DNA of 64,000 nucleotides from Sphingomonadaceae bacterium (GTDB taxonomy: Bacteria > Pseudomonadota > Alphaproteobacteria > Sphingomonadales > Sphingomonadaceae). The notes under the pieces were generated by a model. It saw only the letters and a list, made by a program, of their open reading frames with translations, had not been told where the DNA came from and did no database searches. Location: the NCBI GenBank assembly GCA_947477745.1, contig CANJUF010000006.1, positions 29,424 through 93,423 of the forward strand, in the 5' to 3' direction. Every line of letters starts with the position of its first letter. The stretch's first letter is position 1. Positions 10,516 through 21,371 of this stretch are shown one piece after another. Both the position numbers and the translations under genes were made by a program.

Positions 10516-10911
10516 ATGCGCCAGCCACTGAAAGCCCGGCTCTTGCTGTGGGCCCGCACCGTGAAGCGCGACGTGGTTGCCTTGTGGCTCGCGGTTCGCG
10601 ACCCCCGGGTTCCCTGGTATGCCAAGGCCGTGGCTGCAGCGGTCGCCGTCTACGCCTTGTCGCCGATCGACCTGATCCCCGACTTCGTGCCCGTCCTCGG
10701 GTACCTTGACGACCTTGTGATCGTTCCGCTCGGGGTTCTGCTGGCAGTCAGGCTGATTCCCCCTCCGGTCATGGCCGAGCTTCGCCACAGGGCGGAAGAG
10801 CAGGGCAAGCTGACCTCGCGCATCGGCGCAGTAATCGTCGTCGTGACGTGGCTTGCCGCCATCGCGGCACTGGTCTGGCTGATCTGGCCGATCGATGCTT
10901 TGGGCGGCTGA
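10516..10911 (+). CDS. DUF1232/YkvA family membrane protein
   Basis: RDPRVPWYAK...YALSPIDLIPDFVPVLGYLDD. Confidence 0.9.
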   Translation: MRQPLKARLLLWARTVKRDVVALWLAVRDPRVPWYAKAVAAAVAVYALSPIDLIPDFVPVLGYLDDLVIVPLGVLLAVRLIPPPVMAELRHRAEEQGKLTSRIGAVIVVVTWLAAIAALVWLIWPIDALGG

Positions 10912-10914
10912 TTT

Positions 10915-11577
10915 TCATTCGCGCGCGCCGAACAGCGCGCTGCCCACCCGCACATGCGTCGCGCCCAGCATGATCGCGGTCTCGTAGTCGCCGCTCATCC
11001 CCATCGACAGCTTGGTGAGGCCATTGTCCGCCGCAATTTTCGCGAGCAGGGCAAAGTACGGCGCGGGCTCGACCCCGTGCGGCGGGACGCACATCAGTCC
11101 CAGAACCGGAATCTCCGCGCTGCGTGCCTCGGCAAGCAAGGCGGGCACCTCGGCAATCGGGCAGCCGCCCTTCTGTTCTTCCTCGCCGATGTCGACCTGC
11201 ACGAAGCAGGGCACCTGCCGCCCCGTCTTGTCGAATGCCCGCGCCAGTGCTGCCACCAGCGAAGGCCGGTCAAGCGAATGGATGCAATCGAACAGCATGG
11301 CCGCGTCCTCGGCCTTGTTCGACTGGAGGCTGCCGACGAGATGCAGCGAAAGCCCCTCATGCGCATCAAGAAGCGCCGGCCATTTTGCCTGAGCCTCCTG
11401 CACCCGGTTCTCTCCGAACACGCGCTGCCCTGCGGCGATCAGCGGCGCGATCGCCTCCGAGGGATGAGTCTTGGAAATGGCGACCAGCTCTATCTGCGCC
11501 GGATCGCGCTGCGCGATTTTCGCGGCGTGGGCGATAGTTTCGCGGACATGGTGCAGGGCGCGGGCTGGCTCGGTCAT
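10915..11577 (-). CDS. yggS: YggS family PLP-binding protein
   Basis: LVAISKT, FGENRVQEA, HLVGSLQSNK, LSMGMSGDY, VRVGSALFG. Confidence 0.95.
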   Translation of the reverse strand: MTEPARALHHVRETIAHAAKIAQRDPAQIELVAISKTHPSEAIAPLIAAGQRVFGENRVQEAQAKWPALLDAHEGLSLHLVGSLQSNKAEDAAMLFDCIHSLDRPSLVAALARAFDKTGRQVPCFVQVDIGEEEQKGGCPIAEVPALLAEARSAEIPVLGLMCVPPHGVEPAPYFALLAKIAADNGLTKLSMGMSGDYETAIMLGATHVRVGSALFGARE

Positions 11578-11599
11578 GGCGCGCTGCTATAGCGGCTGA

Positions 11600-12139
11600 A
11601 TGCAGCGACGCCACCGCCTTCCAGATCTATGGCTAGTTACAGACGCGCGCAACGACGCGCGGCTGGAGCAATTGCTGCGCCGACTGCCGCGCGGATCGGG
11701 CATGATATTCCGGCATTATCATCTCAATGCCAAAGAGCGCCGCTTGCGGTTCGATGCGCTGGCGAGGATCGCGCGGGCGTGCGGACATCTGGTGGTGCTG
11801 GCGGGAGGCGCGCGCGAGGCTCGGCGATGGGGCGCGGATGGGGTCTACGGCGCGCCTGACAAATGGAGGTCCCAGCCTGCACAGGGGCTCATGCTGCGTC
11901 TTGTCACCGCGCACTCCTTGCACGAGATCGGCATGGCGCAGCGACTTCGCGCCGATGCAGTGCTGCTCTCACCGGTTTTCCCGACACGCTCGCATCCCGG
12001 CACCAATGTGCTCGGCCCGGTGCGCTTTCGCCTGCTGGCAAGGCACGCGCAGGTGCCGGTCATCGCGCTCGGCGGGGTGAACGCGCACCGTGCGCGCGGC
12101 CTCAAATGGAAAAAATGGGCTGCAATTGACGGTGCTTAA
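11600..12139 (+). CDS. Thiamine-phosphate synthase-like (TMP-TENI) protein
   Basis: LWLVTDAR, IFRHYHL, TAHSLHE, LSPVFPTRSHPG, VIALGG. Confidence 0.85.
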   Translation: MQRRHRLPDLWLVTDARNDARLEQLLRRLPRGSGMIFRHYHLNAKERRLRFDALARIARACGHLVVLAGGAREARRWGADGVYGAPDKWRSQPAQGLMLRLVTAHSLHEIGMAQRLRADAVLLSPVFPTRSHPGTNVLGPVRFRLLARHAQVPVIALGGVNAHRARGLKWKKWAAIDGA

Positions 12140-12147
12140 CCGAAACT

Positions 12148-12184
12148 GAGTCACTGGATTCCTTGAGAATCTTGACGCGGAGTC
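12148..12184. promoter_or_regulatory. Cluster of four GANTC (CcrM) sites upstream of ftsK
   Basis: GAGTC 12148, GATTC 12157, GAATC 12167, GAGTC 12180. Confidence 0.6.
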
Positions 12185-12226
12185 ACCCAATGGAGCATTA
12201 TCGCCCCTCTAAGTGGGGAATTTGGC

Positions 12227-14578
12227 ATGGCGACACGCGCAAGCATGAGGCGAAGGACCGTCCGCACCGACTGGCGCGCGGTGCTGCGCCGCGCTTTGCG
12301 CCGCTCGAGCGAGCTGGCGGGCGCGGTATTCCTGTTCGCGGCGATGGTGTTCCTTGCGCTTGCACTTGTCTCCTACCGTCAGACCGATCCGTCCGCTTCC
12401 ACCGCCGCCGGTGAGGAAGTGCTAAACTGGATGGGCCCGGTCGGGGCCTGGACTTCGGAGCGGGTGCTGTTCCTGTTCGGCCCGGTTTCCGCGCTGCTGC
12501 TGCCGCTGCTCTATGTCTTTGCGCGCAAGCTCTGGCGGCTGGTCGAGGAAGAGGACGGCCTTGCCGAACCCAGCGACCAGCGCTGGTGGTGGCCGATCTG
12601 CCTGCTGGTCTTCGCGATGGCGCTGATCTGCACTGTGCTCAGCCTGGTGTTCACTGGGCCGGGCGGCTCGCTGCCTGCCTCGATGGGCGGCATTTCGGGC
12701 TTGCTTGGCGCCAAGGCGATCACCGCCGCGGCGGCCCTATTGCCCGATGCGGCGCGCTTCTGGGCGACATTCGGGACGGCTGTCGTATGCCTTGTGGCGG
12801 GATGCGTCATCGCCGGGCGAGTCTTCGCGCTCGACTGGGCGGCCTTGCTGACCCTGCCAAGGGCGCTTGGCCGGCGCCAACTGGCGCTTGCAGATCATAG
12901 CGCGCCGCTTGCCCGCGCTGCTGCCGCCAGGGACGATGCCCCGCCGCTTCCGCGCGCGTCGCTGCCGATCGGGCCTGCGCGCAAGGCGCCCGAAATAGTC
13001 GATCCCACCAGCCCGGCCAAGGCCGCGCGGCTCGCCGGGACCAAGCGCCAGAAGGACCTGTTCGAACAGTTCGACCTGCCCTCGCTCGACCTGCTCACCG
13101 ATCCGCCGCCCAATTCGGCCCAGAAAATCGACAAGCTGAGCCTCGAGCGCAACGCGCGCCTGCTCGAAACCGTGCTCGACGATTTCAACGTCAAGGGCGA
13201 GATTACCGCGGTGCGCACCGGCCCGGTCGTCACGATGTACGAGCTGGAGCCCGCGCCGGGCATCAAGGCCAGCCGCGTGGTCGGCCTGGCCGACGACATC
13301 GCCCGCAACATGAGTGCGATATCGGCACGCGTCTCGGCAATACCGGGCCGCACCGTAATGGGCATCGAACTTCCCAACGCCGACCGGCAGATGGTTTCGT
13401 TCAAGGAAATGGTCGCATCCGAGGCCTTCGCCGGCCACAAGGGCATGCTGCCGATCATCCTGGGCAAGGACATCGCGGGCGAGCCGGTGATCGCCGATCT
13501 GGCCGCGATGCCACATCTGCTGGTCGCGGGCACTACCGGGTCGGGCAAGTCGGTCGGGCTCAACGCCATCCTGCTCTCGCTGCTGTTCCGCTTCACGCCG
13601 CAGCAGGTGCGCCTGATCCTCGTCGATCCCAAGGTGCTCGAACTCAAGAGCTACGACGACATCCCCCACCTGCTCTCCCCGGTCGTCACCGAACCGGCCA
13701 AGGCGGTGCGCGCGCTCAAATGGGCGGTCGAGGAGATGGAGCGCCGCTACCGGATGATGAGCGAGATTTCGGTGCGCAACCTCGCCAGCTTCAACGAGAA
13801 GGTGCGCGCCGCGCAGGCCAAGGGCAAGCCGCTCGGCCGCAGGGTGCAGATCGGCTTCGATCCCGATACCGGCGAAGAACTGCACGAGGAGAACCAGCTC
13901 GATTTCGAGGCGCTGCCGCAGATCGTGCTGATCGTCGACGAACTGGCCGACCTGATGATCACGGTCGGCAAGGAGATCGAGGTGCTGATCCAGCGGCTGT
14001 CGCAAAAGAGCCGCGCCGCAGGCATCCACCTGATCATGGCGACGCAGCGTCCGTCGGTCGATGTCATCACCGGCGTCATCAAGGCCAATCTGCCGACCCG
14101 CATTTCCTTTGCAGTGACCAGCCGGATCGACAGCCGCACGATCCTGGGCGAGCAGGGGGCGGAGCAGCTGCTGGGTAAGGGCGACATGCTCTACAAGCCC
14201 AACACCGATCCCGTCCGCCGCGTCCACGGCCCGTTCGTCTCCGACGAGGAAGTTGAGGCCGTGGCCGAAGCGTGGCGCGCGCAGGGCACGCCGGACTATG
14301 TCGATTCGGTCACCGAGGAGCCCGAAGACGGATATTTCGGCTTCGACGATATCGACGCCGCCTCGGACAGCCCCGACGAGCGCAAGTACCGGCAGGTCTG
14401 CCAGCTGGTGTTCGAGAACCAGAAGGTCTCGGCAAGCTGGATCCAGCGCCAGATGGGCGTGGGCTACAATACCGCGTCAAAATGGGTCGAGCGGATGGAG
14501 GCGGATGGCTTCGTCGGCCCGGCCAACCATGTCGGCAAGCGCGACATCTACCGCGACGAGAACGGCAATCCGCTGTGA
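12227..14578 (+). CDS. ftsK: DNA translocase FtsK
   Basis: N-terminal TM domain, GPVVTMYE, PHLLVAGTTGSGKS, DELADLM, ATQRPSVDV, gamma domain. Confidence 0.97.
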   Translation: MATRASMRRRTVRTDWRAVLRRALRRSSELAGAVFLFAAMVFLALALVSYRQTDPSASTAAGEEVLNWMGPVGAWTSERVLFLFGPVSALLLPLLYVFARKLWRLVEEEDGLAEPSDQRWWWPICLLVFAMALICTVLSLVFTGPGGSLPASMGGISGLLGAKAITAAAALLPDAARFWATFGTAVVCLVAGCVIAGRVFALDWAALLTLPRALGRRQLALADHSAPLARAAAARDDAPPLPRASLPIGPARKAPEIVDPTSPAKAARLAGTKRQKDLFEQFDLPSLDLLTDPPPNSAQKIDKLSLERNARLLETVLDDFNVKGEITAVRTGPVVTMYELEPAPGIKASRVVGLADDIARNMSAISARVSAIPGRTVMGIELPNADRQMVSFKEMVASEAFAGHKGMLPIILGKDIAGEPVIADLAAMPHLLVAGTTGSGKSVGLNAILLSLLFRFTPQQVRLILVDPKVLELKSYDDIPHLLSPVVTEPAKAVRALKWAVEEMERRYRMMSEISVRNLASFNEKVRAAQAKGKPLGRRVQIGFDPDTGEELHEENQLDFEALPQIVLIVDELADLMITVGKEIEVLIQRLSQKSRAAGIHLIMATQRPSVDVITGVIKANLPTRISFAVTSRIDSRTILGEQGAEQLLGKGDMLYKPNTDPVRRVHGPFVSDEEVEAVAEAWRAQGTPDYVDSVTEEPEDGYFGFDDIDAASDSPDERKYRQVCQLVFENQKVSASWIQRQMGVGYNTASKWVERMEADGFVGPANHVGKRDIYRDENGNPL

Positions 14579-14681
14579 AGGGTCGCAGCAACGCGGCGAA
14601 ATGACGGGAGCCAAACCCGTCACCTGAGCGTTCGGGTCTTCGAGGATGGCAGCATCGGCTGCCGCCTGGGGAGACCTGACG

Positions 14682-15368
14682 TTGCGCAGCCTGCACTTTA
14701 CCTTGCCCATCGTGATACTGCTTTCGGCCTGCCAGATGGATCCATCGGGCGGCGCGCAGGAACGGGACGAGCCCGCCTCCGCCGAACCCGCTGACCGGAT
14801 GCTGTCACGCGATGCCGCAGCGGGACAATCGGACGATCCTTCGCTGGCGCAGGACGTCGAGCGCCCGGTCATGCAGATGCAGGTGGTGCTCGACCGCCTG
14901 GGCTTCACCCCGGGCGTGGTCGATGGCAAGGCCGGCATGTCGACGCGCAATGCGATTGCCGGATACCAGGAATCGCGAGATCTCAAGATCACGGGCGAAG
15001 CCGATGAGGCGACATTGGCAGCGCTCAAGGAGTGGGAAGCTATCCCGGCAACGCGGCTGGTCACGATCCCGGCCGAATTTGCAGCCGGACCCTTCGTCAA
15101 GACGCCCGACGGCGCGCCCGAACAGGCAAAGCTCGAAACGCTTGGCTATCAGTCGCTCGAAGAGAAACTGGCGGAACGCTTCCACACCACGCCCGAGACG
15201 CTGCGTAGCCTCAACCCCGCGCTTGCACCGGCTGCGGCGACCGGCACGCCAAGTCCCTCGCCGTCAGTTTCGGCGTCGGCCCCGCCATCGGCGACCCCCT
15301 CGGCAGACGTGGCCTCCTCGCCTTATCGGGCCGGGCAGCAGATCAGGGTGCCCAATGTTGGCGCGGAC
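14682..15368 (+). pseudogene. N-terminal half of an L,D-transpeptidase-family lipoprotein (catalytic YkuD domain absent), in frame with the Kef gene
   Basis: TTG start after GGAGAC, lipobox LLSAC, PG-binding QVVLDRLGFTPGVVDG, EKLAERFHTT, IRVPNV. No HGT/SHGC catalytic motif follows. Confidence 0.75.
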
Positions 15369-17093
15369 ATGCTGCTCGATGGCGCGGTGCTGCTGGGCTT
15401 CGCCCTCGCGCTGGTGCTGGTATTCCGCAAGCTGGGACTCGGCGCGACACTGGGCTATCTTCTGGCGGGGGCGCTGGTCGGGCCTTACGTCTTCGGCCTG
15501 ATCGGCGAGGCGGAGACCAAGCTTTCGATAGCCGAGCTTGGCATAACCTTCCTTTTGTTCATCGTCGGGCTTGAGCTGGCTCCGCGCCGGCTATGGCGGA
15601 TGCGGCGCGAGATATTCGGCCTCGGCCTGCTTCAGGTGACGCTGTGCGGGCTGGCGCTCGCCGGGGCGATCTGGGCCACCACCGGCTTTACGGCGACCGC
15701 GGCGCTCGCGATCGGCCTGCCGCTGGCGCTGTCCTCCACCGCGCAGGTGCTGCCGATGCTGCAAAGCGCCGGGCGGCTGCATACCCCGTTCGGCGAGCGC
15801 GCGTTCTCGGTCCTGCTGTTTCAGGACCTGTCGATCATCCCGCTGATCACCATTGTCGCGGCATTGAGCCGCAATCCGGCGTCTGCCGAAGGTCCGCCGG
15901 GCTGGCAGCTAGCAATATACACCGTGCTTGCCATTGCCGGCCTGATCGCGGCGGGCCGGTTTCTGGTGCGGCCGCTATTCCGCCTGATCGGCAGCCTTGG
16001 CGAGCGCGAGATGTTCGTGGTCGCCGCGCTGTTCATCGTCATCGCCGCCGCCGCGCTGATGCAGGCGCTGGGCCTGTCGACCGCGCTGGGCGCATTCATC
16101 GCCGGGGTCATGCTCGCCGATTCGCCCTTCCGCCACGAGATCGAGGCCGATGTCGAACCGTTCCGTTCGGTCCTGCTCGGCCTGTTCTTCATGTCGGTGG
16201 GCATGCTGCTCGATCTCGGCGCGATCGCCGAGAGGCCGCTGTTCGTGCTCGGCATGGCGGTCATGCTGATCGCCATCAAGGCGGCAATAATTTTCGGTCT
16301 CGGCAGGGCTTTCGGCATGCCGTGGCGCGGTGCGCTCGCGCTTGGGCTGCTGCTGAGCCAAGGCGGCGAGTTCGGCTTCGTGCTGTTTGCGCAGGCGCAG
16401 GCGGGCCTCCTGATCTCGCCCGAGGCAGCGAGCCTGTTCGGCGCGATCGTCACCCTGTCGATGGTGACCACGCCGTTCCTGATGATGGCGACCCGGCGCA
16501 TCCGCGAGGACCCGCAGTTGCAGGAAACCCGCGACGAGCAGCAGCTTGACGGCGCCTCCGCCCTGATCGTCGGCTATGGCCGGTTCGGCCAGACCGTCGC
16601 GCAGATGCTGATCGCGGCGGACGTCAAGGTCGCGATGATCGACACCGATGTCGAGATGATCGACGTGGCCGCCTCGTTCGGGGCCAAGGTCTATTTCGGC
16701 GACGGCACCCGTATGGATCTGCTGCGTCAGGCCGGCGCGGCCGAGGCGCAGGTGATCGCCTTCTGCATCGACGGCGACCAGCTTTCGGCCGATTTCCTTC
16801 ACGAGGTGCACAAGGCGTTCCCCGATGCGCAGCTCTATGTCCGCGCCTATGACCGCCGCAGCGTGGTCACGCTCGGCGATGCGCCGGTGCGGCACGTGGT
16901 GCGCGAGTTGATGGGCTCGGCGCTGGCCATGGCGCGCTCCGCGCTCGAAGGGCTCGATGTCTCGATCGAGGACATCGAACGGGCCGAGGACATGTACCGC
17001 TCACGCGACCGCGAACGGCTCGCTCGCCAGATCGAAACCGGAGACGTTCGCGAGGCCCGCGAACTGGTGATTACGAGGCGGCCGGGGGGATAA
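15369..17093 (+). CDS. Kef-type (CPA2) K+/H+ antiporter with C-terminal KTN/RCK domain
   Basis: LGLGATLGYL, FLLFIVGLEL, LALSSTA, LLFQDL, GAFIAGVMLA, LLSQGGEFGFV, GYGRFGQ, YFGDGTR. Confidence 0.93.
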   Translation: MLLDGAVLLGFALALVLVFRKLGLGATLGYLLAGALVGPYVFGLIGEAETKLSIAELGITFLLFIVGLELAPRRLWRMRREIFGLGLLQVTLCGLALAGAIWATTGFTATAALAIGLPLALSSTAQVLPMLQSAGRLHTPFGERAFSVLLFQDLSIIPLITIVAALSRNPASAEGPPGWQLAIYTVLAIAGLIAAGRFLVRPLFRLIGSLGEREMFVVAALFIVIAAAALMQALGLSTALGAFIAGVMLADSPFRHEIEADVEPFRSVLLGLFFMSVGMLLDLGAIAERPLFVLGMAVMLIAIKAAIIFGLGRAFGMPWRGALALGLLLSQGGEFGFVLFAQAQAGLLISPEAASLFGAIVTLSMVTTPFLMMATRRIREDPQLQETRDEQQLDGASALIVGYGRFGQTVAQMLIAADVKVAMIDTDVEMIDVAASFGAKVYFGDGTRMDLLRQAGAAEAQVIAFCIDGDQLSADFLHEVHKAFPDAQLYVRAYDRRSVVTLGDAPVRHVVRELMGSALAMARSALEGLDVSIEDIERAEDMYRSRDRERLARQIETGDVREARELVITRRPGG

Positions 17094-17096
17094 ATT

Positions 17097-18326
17097 TCAC
17101 GCCACCACCCCAGCCTCGCGCCACCGTGCAACCTCTTCCGCCCCGCATCCGATCCCGGCGAGCAATTCGTCGGTGTGTTCGCAGAAATCGGGCGCACGCG
17201 GTGGATCGCCCGCCTCGCCGTCGAATTGGATCGCGGGCGCGGGCATCAGCAGTCCGTCCGGCCCCGAAGGCCGCACATAGCCGTTGGCGATCACCTGCGG
17301 ATCACTGGGTAGCTCCTCGGGATACTGCACCGGTGCCCAGGCGCCGCGCGCCTCTGCCAAGGCCGTTTTCCAGTCCGCGAAGCTGCGCTGGCGAAACGCC
17401 TCGTCGAGCACCGCGGTCAGCTCGCGCGTGTGGGCGCTGCGCTCGCGCGCGGCGGCGAAGCGCGGATCGCTCGCCAGGCCGGGCTGGCCGATCTTTTCGC
17501 ACAGGTCGGCGAAATCGCGGTCGTCGTTGGTAAGGAACAGCAGGTAGATAAAGCGATTGTCGCTGGTCTGGTACATCGAGATCAGCGCCGAAAGGAACTG
17601 GCTGGGCACGTCGTCGGACACAGGCGGACGCTCAGCCCGCGTCGGCTCAGGCCGCGCGCCGTGAGCGAGCGCGTTCATCATGTAGATGCCGTTAAACCAT
17701 GCCGCCGTGCCGAGCAGCGAGCTGTCGACCACCATCGGCTCGCCGCCGCGCTCGCGGCTGAGCAGCGCCGCACAGATCCCGCCTGCGAAGACCAGGCCCG
17801 ACATGCCGTCGCCGTGGCCGACCATTTGCGTGGTCGGCCAGTCAAGCCCGGTCAGGTCCATTGCCGATTGGTTGAGCGAGCCGCGGCTCCACCAGCTTAC
17901 CGCGTCGTAGCCGGGCCGGTCGGCGTCCGGCCCTTTCGGCCCGTGGCCGCTGCCGCGCGCGTAGACGATGCGCGGATTGGCCTTGCGGATATCGTCGACG
18001 TCGATGCCGAGCTTGCGGCGCGTCGGCGCGAGATAGCTGGTGAGGAACACGTCGGCGTCCGCCACCAGCCGGTAAAGCAGGTCGCGGCCCTCCTGGCTGG
18101 CTAAATCGAGGCCGATGGATTTCTTGGCGCGGCTGTAATGCTTGAAATGCGGCCCGGCGCCTCCGGGTTCCAGGGTGCCGCCATGCATCAGCCGCATCGG
18201 ATCGGGCGCGCGCGGGCTTTCGACCTTGATCACCTCCGCGCCCCAATGCCCAAGCACCCCGCCGGCGGAGGGCACGAATGCATAGGCGGTCACGTCGATG
18301 ACCTTGATCCCCTTCAGAACGTCCAT
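17097..18326 (-). CDS. CaiB/BaiF family CoA-transferase
   Basis: LKGIKVID, GAEVIKVE, ADVFLTS, GPKGPDADRPGYD. Start ATG 18326. Confidence 0.92.
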   Translation of the reverse strand: MDVLKGIKVIDVTAYAFVPSAGGVLGHWGAEVIKVESPRAPDPMRLMHGGTLEPGGAGPHFKHYSRAKKSIGLDLASQEGRDLLYRLVADADVFLTSYLAPTRRKLGIDVDDIRKANPRIVYARGSGHGPKGPDADRPGYDAVSWWSRGSLNQSAMDLTGLDWPTTQMVGHGDGMSGLVFAGGICAALLSRERGGEPMVVDSSLLGTAAWFNGIYMMNALAHGARPEPTRAERPPVSDDVPSQFLSALISMYQTSDNRFIYLLFLTNDDRDFADLCEKIGQPGLASDPRFAAARERSAHTRELTAVLDEAFRQRSFADWKTALAEARGAWAPVQYPEELPSDPQVIANGYVRPSGPDGLLMPAPAIQFDGEAGDPPRAPDFCEHTDELLAGIGCGAEEVARWREAGVVA

Positions 18327-18440
18327 TTGGCCTCCCCTTTCCGATAGTTTGTGCCGAAATATCCCCCTTGTCGAGGGCTGCGCAAGCACGCACCTGCGCC
18401 TATCTTGGAAGACGACCAGTTGCATAAGAAAGGCCAGCCC

Positions 18441-19571
18441 ATGCGCGTAGGCACCGTCCGCGAAATCAAGAACCACGAATACCGGGTCGGGCTCACCCCT
18501 GAAAGCGTGCGCGAGATCGCCGCTCACGGGCACGAGGTGCTGGTCGAAAGCAGGGCGGGCGAGGGCATCGGCGCCTTCGATGCCGACTATGCCGAGGCCG
18601 GAGCGACAATTGTCGCCACCGCTGCCGAGGTGTTCGGGCAGGCCGATCTGGTGGTCAAGGTCAAGGAACCGCAGGCAGGCGAGCGCGCGATGCTGCGCCG
18701 CGGGCAAGTGCTGTTCACGTACCTCCACCTCGCCCCCGATCCCGAACAGACCGCCGATCTGGTGACGTCAGGCGTTACCGCCATCGCTTATGAGACGGTG
18801 ACCGGAAAGGGCGGAGCGCTGCCGCTCCTCAAACCGATGAGCCAAGTCGCGGGCCGCATGGCGATCCAGGCAGGCGCGACCGCGTTGCAGAAGGCGACCG
18901 GCGGGCGCGGCGTGCTGCTGGGCGGCGTACCCGGCGTGCTGCCGGGCAAGGTGCTGGTGATCGGCGGCGGCGTGGTCGGCTTCAACGCGGCGCAGATGGC
19001 GGTCGGCATGGGCGCGGACGTCACCGTACTCGACCGCGACGCCGAAGTGCTCGAACGGCTCGACAACCACTTCGAGGGCCGCGCCAAGACCCGCTTCTCC
19101 AACCGCGCCACGGTCGAGCAGATGATCGGCGAGGCAGAACTGGTGATCGGCGCGGTGCTGGTGCCCGGCGCGGCCGCGCCGCAGCTCGTCACCCGCGCCA
19201 TGCTTTCGCGCATGAAGCCGGGTTCGGTGCTCGTCGATGTCGCCATCGACCAGGGCGGCTGTTTCGAGACCAGCCGGCCCACAACTCACGACGATCCCAC
19301 CTATGTGGTCGACGGCGTGGTCCACTATTGCGTCGCCAACATGCCCGGCGCGGTTTCGCGCACCAGCACTTACGCGCTCAACAATGTCACCCTGCCGCAC
19401 GTGATCGCGATTGCCGACGCCATGGACGGTCCGGGGGGCTGGAAGCAGGCCCTGCGCGGCGATCCGTGCCTTGCCGACGGCCTCAATGTCCACGATGGTC
19501 AGGTGGTCCACCCCGCCGTTGCGCAGGAGCTGGGCTATGAAGCGGCTTCGCTCGCAGCAATCCTTGCCTAA
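18441..19571 (+). CDS. ald: Alanine dehydrogenase
   Basis: [58 protein letters not shown]. Confidence 0.97.
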   Translation: MRVGTVREIKNHEYRVGLTPESVREIAAHGHEVLVESRAGEGIGAFDADYAEAGATIVATAAEVFGQADLVVKVKEPQAGERAMLRRGQVLFTYLHLAPDPEQTADLVTSGVTAIAYETVTGKGGALPLLKPMSQVAGRMAIQAGATALQKATGGRGVLLGGVPGVLPGKVLVIGGGVVGFNAAQMAVGMGADVTVLDRDAEVLERLDNHFEGRAKTRFSNRATVEQMIGEAELVIGAVLVPGAAAPQLVTRAMLSRMKPGSVLVDVAIDQGGCFETSRPTTHDDPTYVVDGVVHYCVANMPGAVSRTSTYALNNVTLPHVIAIADAMDGPGGWKQALRGDPCLADGLNVHDGQVVHPAVAQELGYEAASLAAILA

Positions 19572-19625
19572 GCCAAGTCTGCGTAAATAAACCTAATTTG
19601 AACCATTCGCGTTTAGTGTTGGCGC

Positions 19626-21358
19626 ATGGTTCAGGGAGTGCTGAGACGAGCCGCGATGGCAATCGCAGCGCTCCTGCTTCTGGCGAGTGCACCTGCACTG
19701 GCCGGCGGCTTTGAGCGCGGCGGTGCATGTATCGCGGCCGATCCCGGCAATCTTGGCTATGCCGCACTTTCGCGCGATCGGGCGCGCTGGTCGTGCAGCC
19801 CATCACAGTGGTCGCTGGCGCCCGAAAGGGTGATCCTGCGCTTCGATCTTTCCGGACAGGATATGTCCGCAGTCGATACGTTGACGATGCGCACCACCCG
19901 GTTCGAGACCATGAAGCTGACGGTTGAGGGGACGGACGGCAAGACCGCCAGCGCCGCTTACAGCTCCGATGACCTCAGCTTGGCCACCTACGACTGGTTG
20001 ATGAACGCCCCGCTGCCAAATCTGGCGGGGAAGGGCGAAGTGCTGTGGGTCGAGGTAGCGGAGCCGAGCGACACCGACATGCTGACCGACGCGCGGCTGG
20101 TCTCGGGAGGCCATATCAGCGACGGGTTCGTCGGCCTTGAACTGCTGGTAGCCGCGCTGTGCGGGGTGATGGTGATCCCGTTCGTTTACAACATTGCGTT
20201 CTACCGCGTGCTTCGCAAACGGTTCCTGCTCTGGCACGCCTCGGTCGTCGCCTGCCTGTTCACGCACATTACGGTTTCGAGCGGCCTCGTAAACCGCTTC
20301 GCCGATCTCACGGTCACGCAGGCGACTGCACTGTCGGTAACCAGCTGGACGCTCGGGATAGTCGCGGCGGGCAACTTCCTGGTCAACCTGGTCGAGGACG
20401 GCAAGCTCGATCCCTGGCACCGGCGCCTCACCCACGTGCTTTCGGCGACGATCGTTGCCGCGCTGCTGTTCTTCCTGTTCGCAGGGGGACCGCTGCGCAG
20501 CTGGACCACGCCGGTCTTCGTCTTCAGCTTTTCCCGGTGCTCGGCTCATTCGCGCTGATGATCGCGACCGCCGTGCGCCGCGGCAGCCGCGCCATGCGCT
20601 TCCAGTTGGTCGCCTGGGCACCGATCATGCTGGTCGGGCTGGACAGGGCCACGTCCAATCTGGGCGCGTTCGGCTCGCCCATGGACATGATGGTGGCGCA
20701 GCACGTGGCGATCGCCTTCGAAGTGGTCGTTACCTCGCTCGGCGTCGCCGACCGATTTATGGTCATCAAGCGCCAGCGCGACCGCGCGCGCGCCGAAACC
20801 CGCCAGCTGGAGATCGAGGTCGAGCGCGACGAGCTCACCGGCCTGCATAACCGCCGCGCGATCCGCCTGCGCTTCGATGCGCTGTGCGCCAGCGGCTTCG
20901 ACACCATGGCGGTGATCGATCTCGACCACTTCAAGCAGGTCAACGACACGCGCGGCCACGCGGTCGGCGACGAAGTGCTGCGCCACGTCGCCTCGGCGCT
21001 GATGCCCGACGAAAATACCATTGCGGTGCGGATGGGCGGCGAGGAATTCATGCTGATCCTGCGCGGGTCCAATGCGGTTGCCCGCGCAGAGCATCGCCGA
21101 AGGGCGATAACCGCGCGCGTGGCATCGCAAATGCCGGGGCTGGGATCGCCCGTCACCGCGAGTATGGGCCTCGTCAGCCAGCCCCGCAATTCGAGCGTCC
21201 ATTCGGACTTCGGCACGCTTTATGCGCATTGCGACCGGCTGCTTTACGAAGCCAAGCGCGCCGGCCGCAACCGCACCATGAGCGAGCGGATCATGCGCTT
21301 CGGCCAGATGACGCCGGAGCAGGCGGAAGATTATCCCGACCCAGCCGTGGCCATCTGA
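19626..21358 (+). pseudogene. Membrane diguanylate cyclase (7TM-DISM-like + GGDEF), frameshifted
   Basis: ORF 19626-20558 joins the GGDEF frame (DLDHFKQVNDTRGHAVGD, RMGGEEF) if one T is added to the T4 run at 20529-20532. Confidence 0.85.
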
Positions 21359-21371
21359 CCAAAGGAACCGG

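Noticed and set aside
19584-19605. CtrA-like site upstream of the diguanylate cyclase
   Set aside because: Two or more mismatches; the AT-rich context explains it
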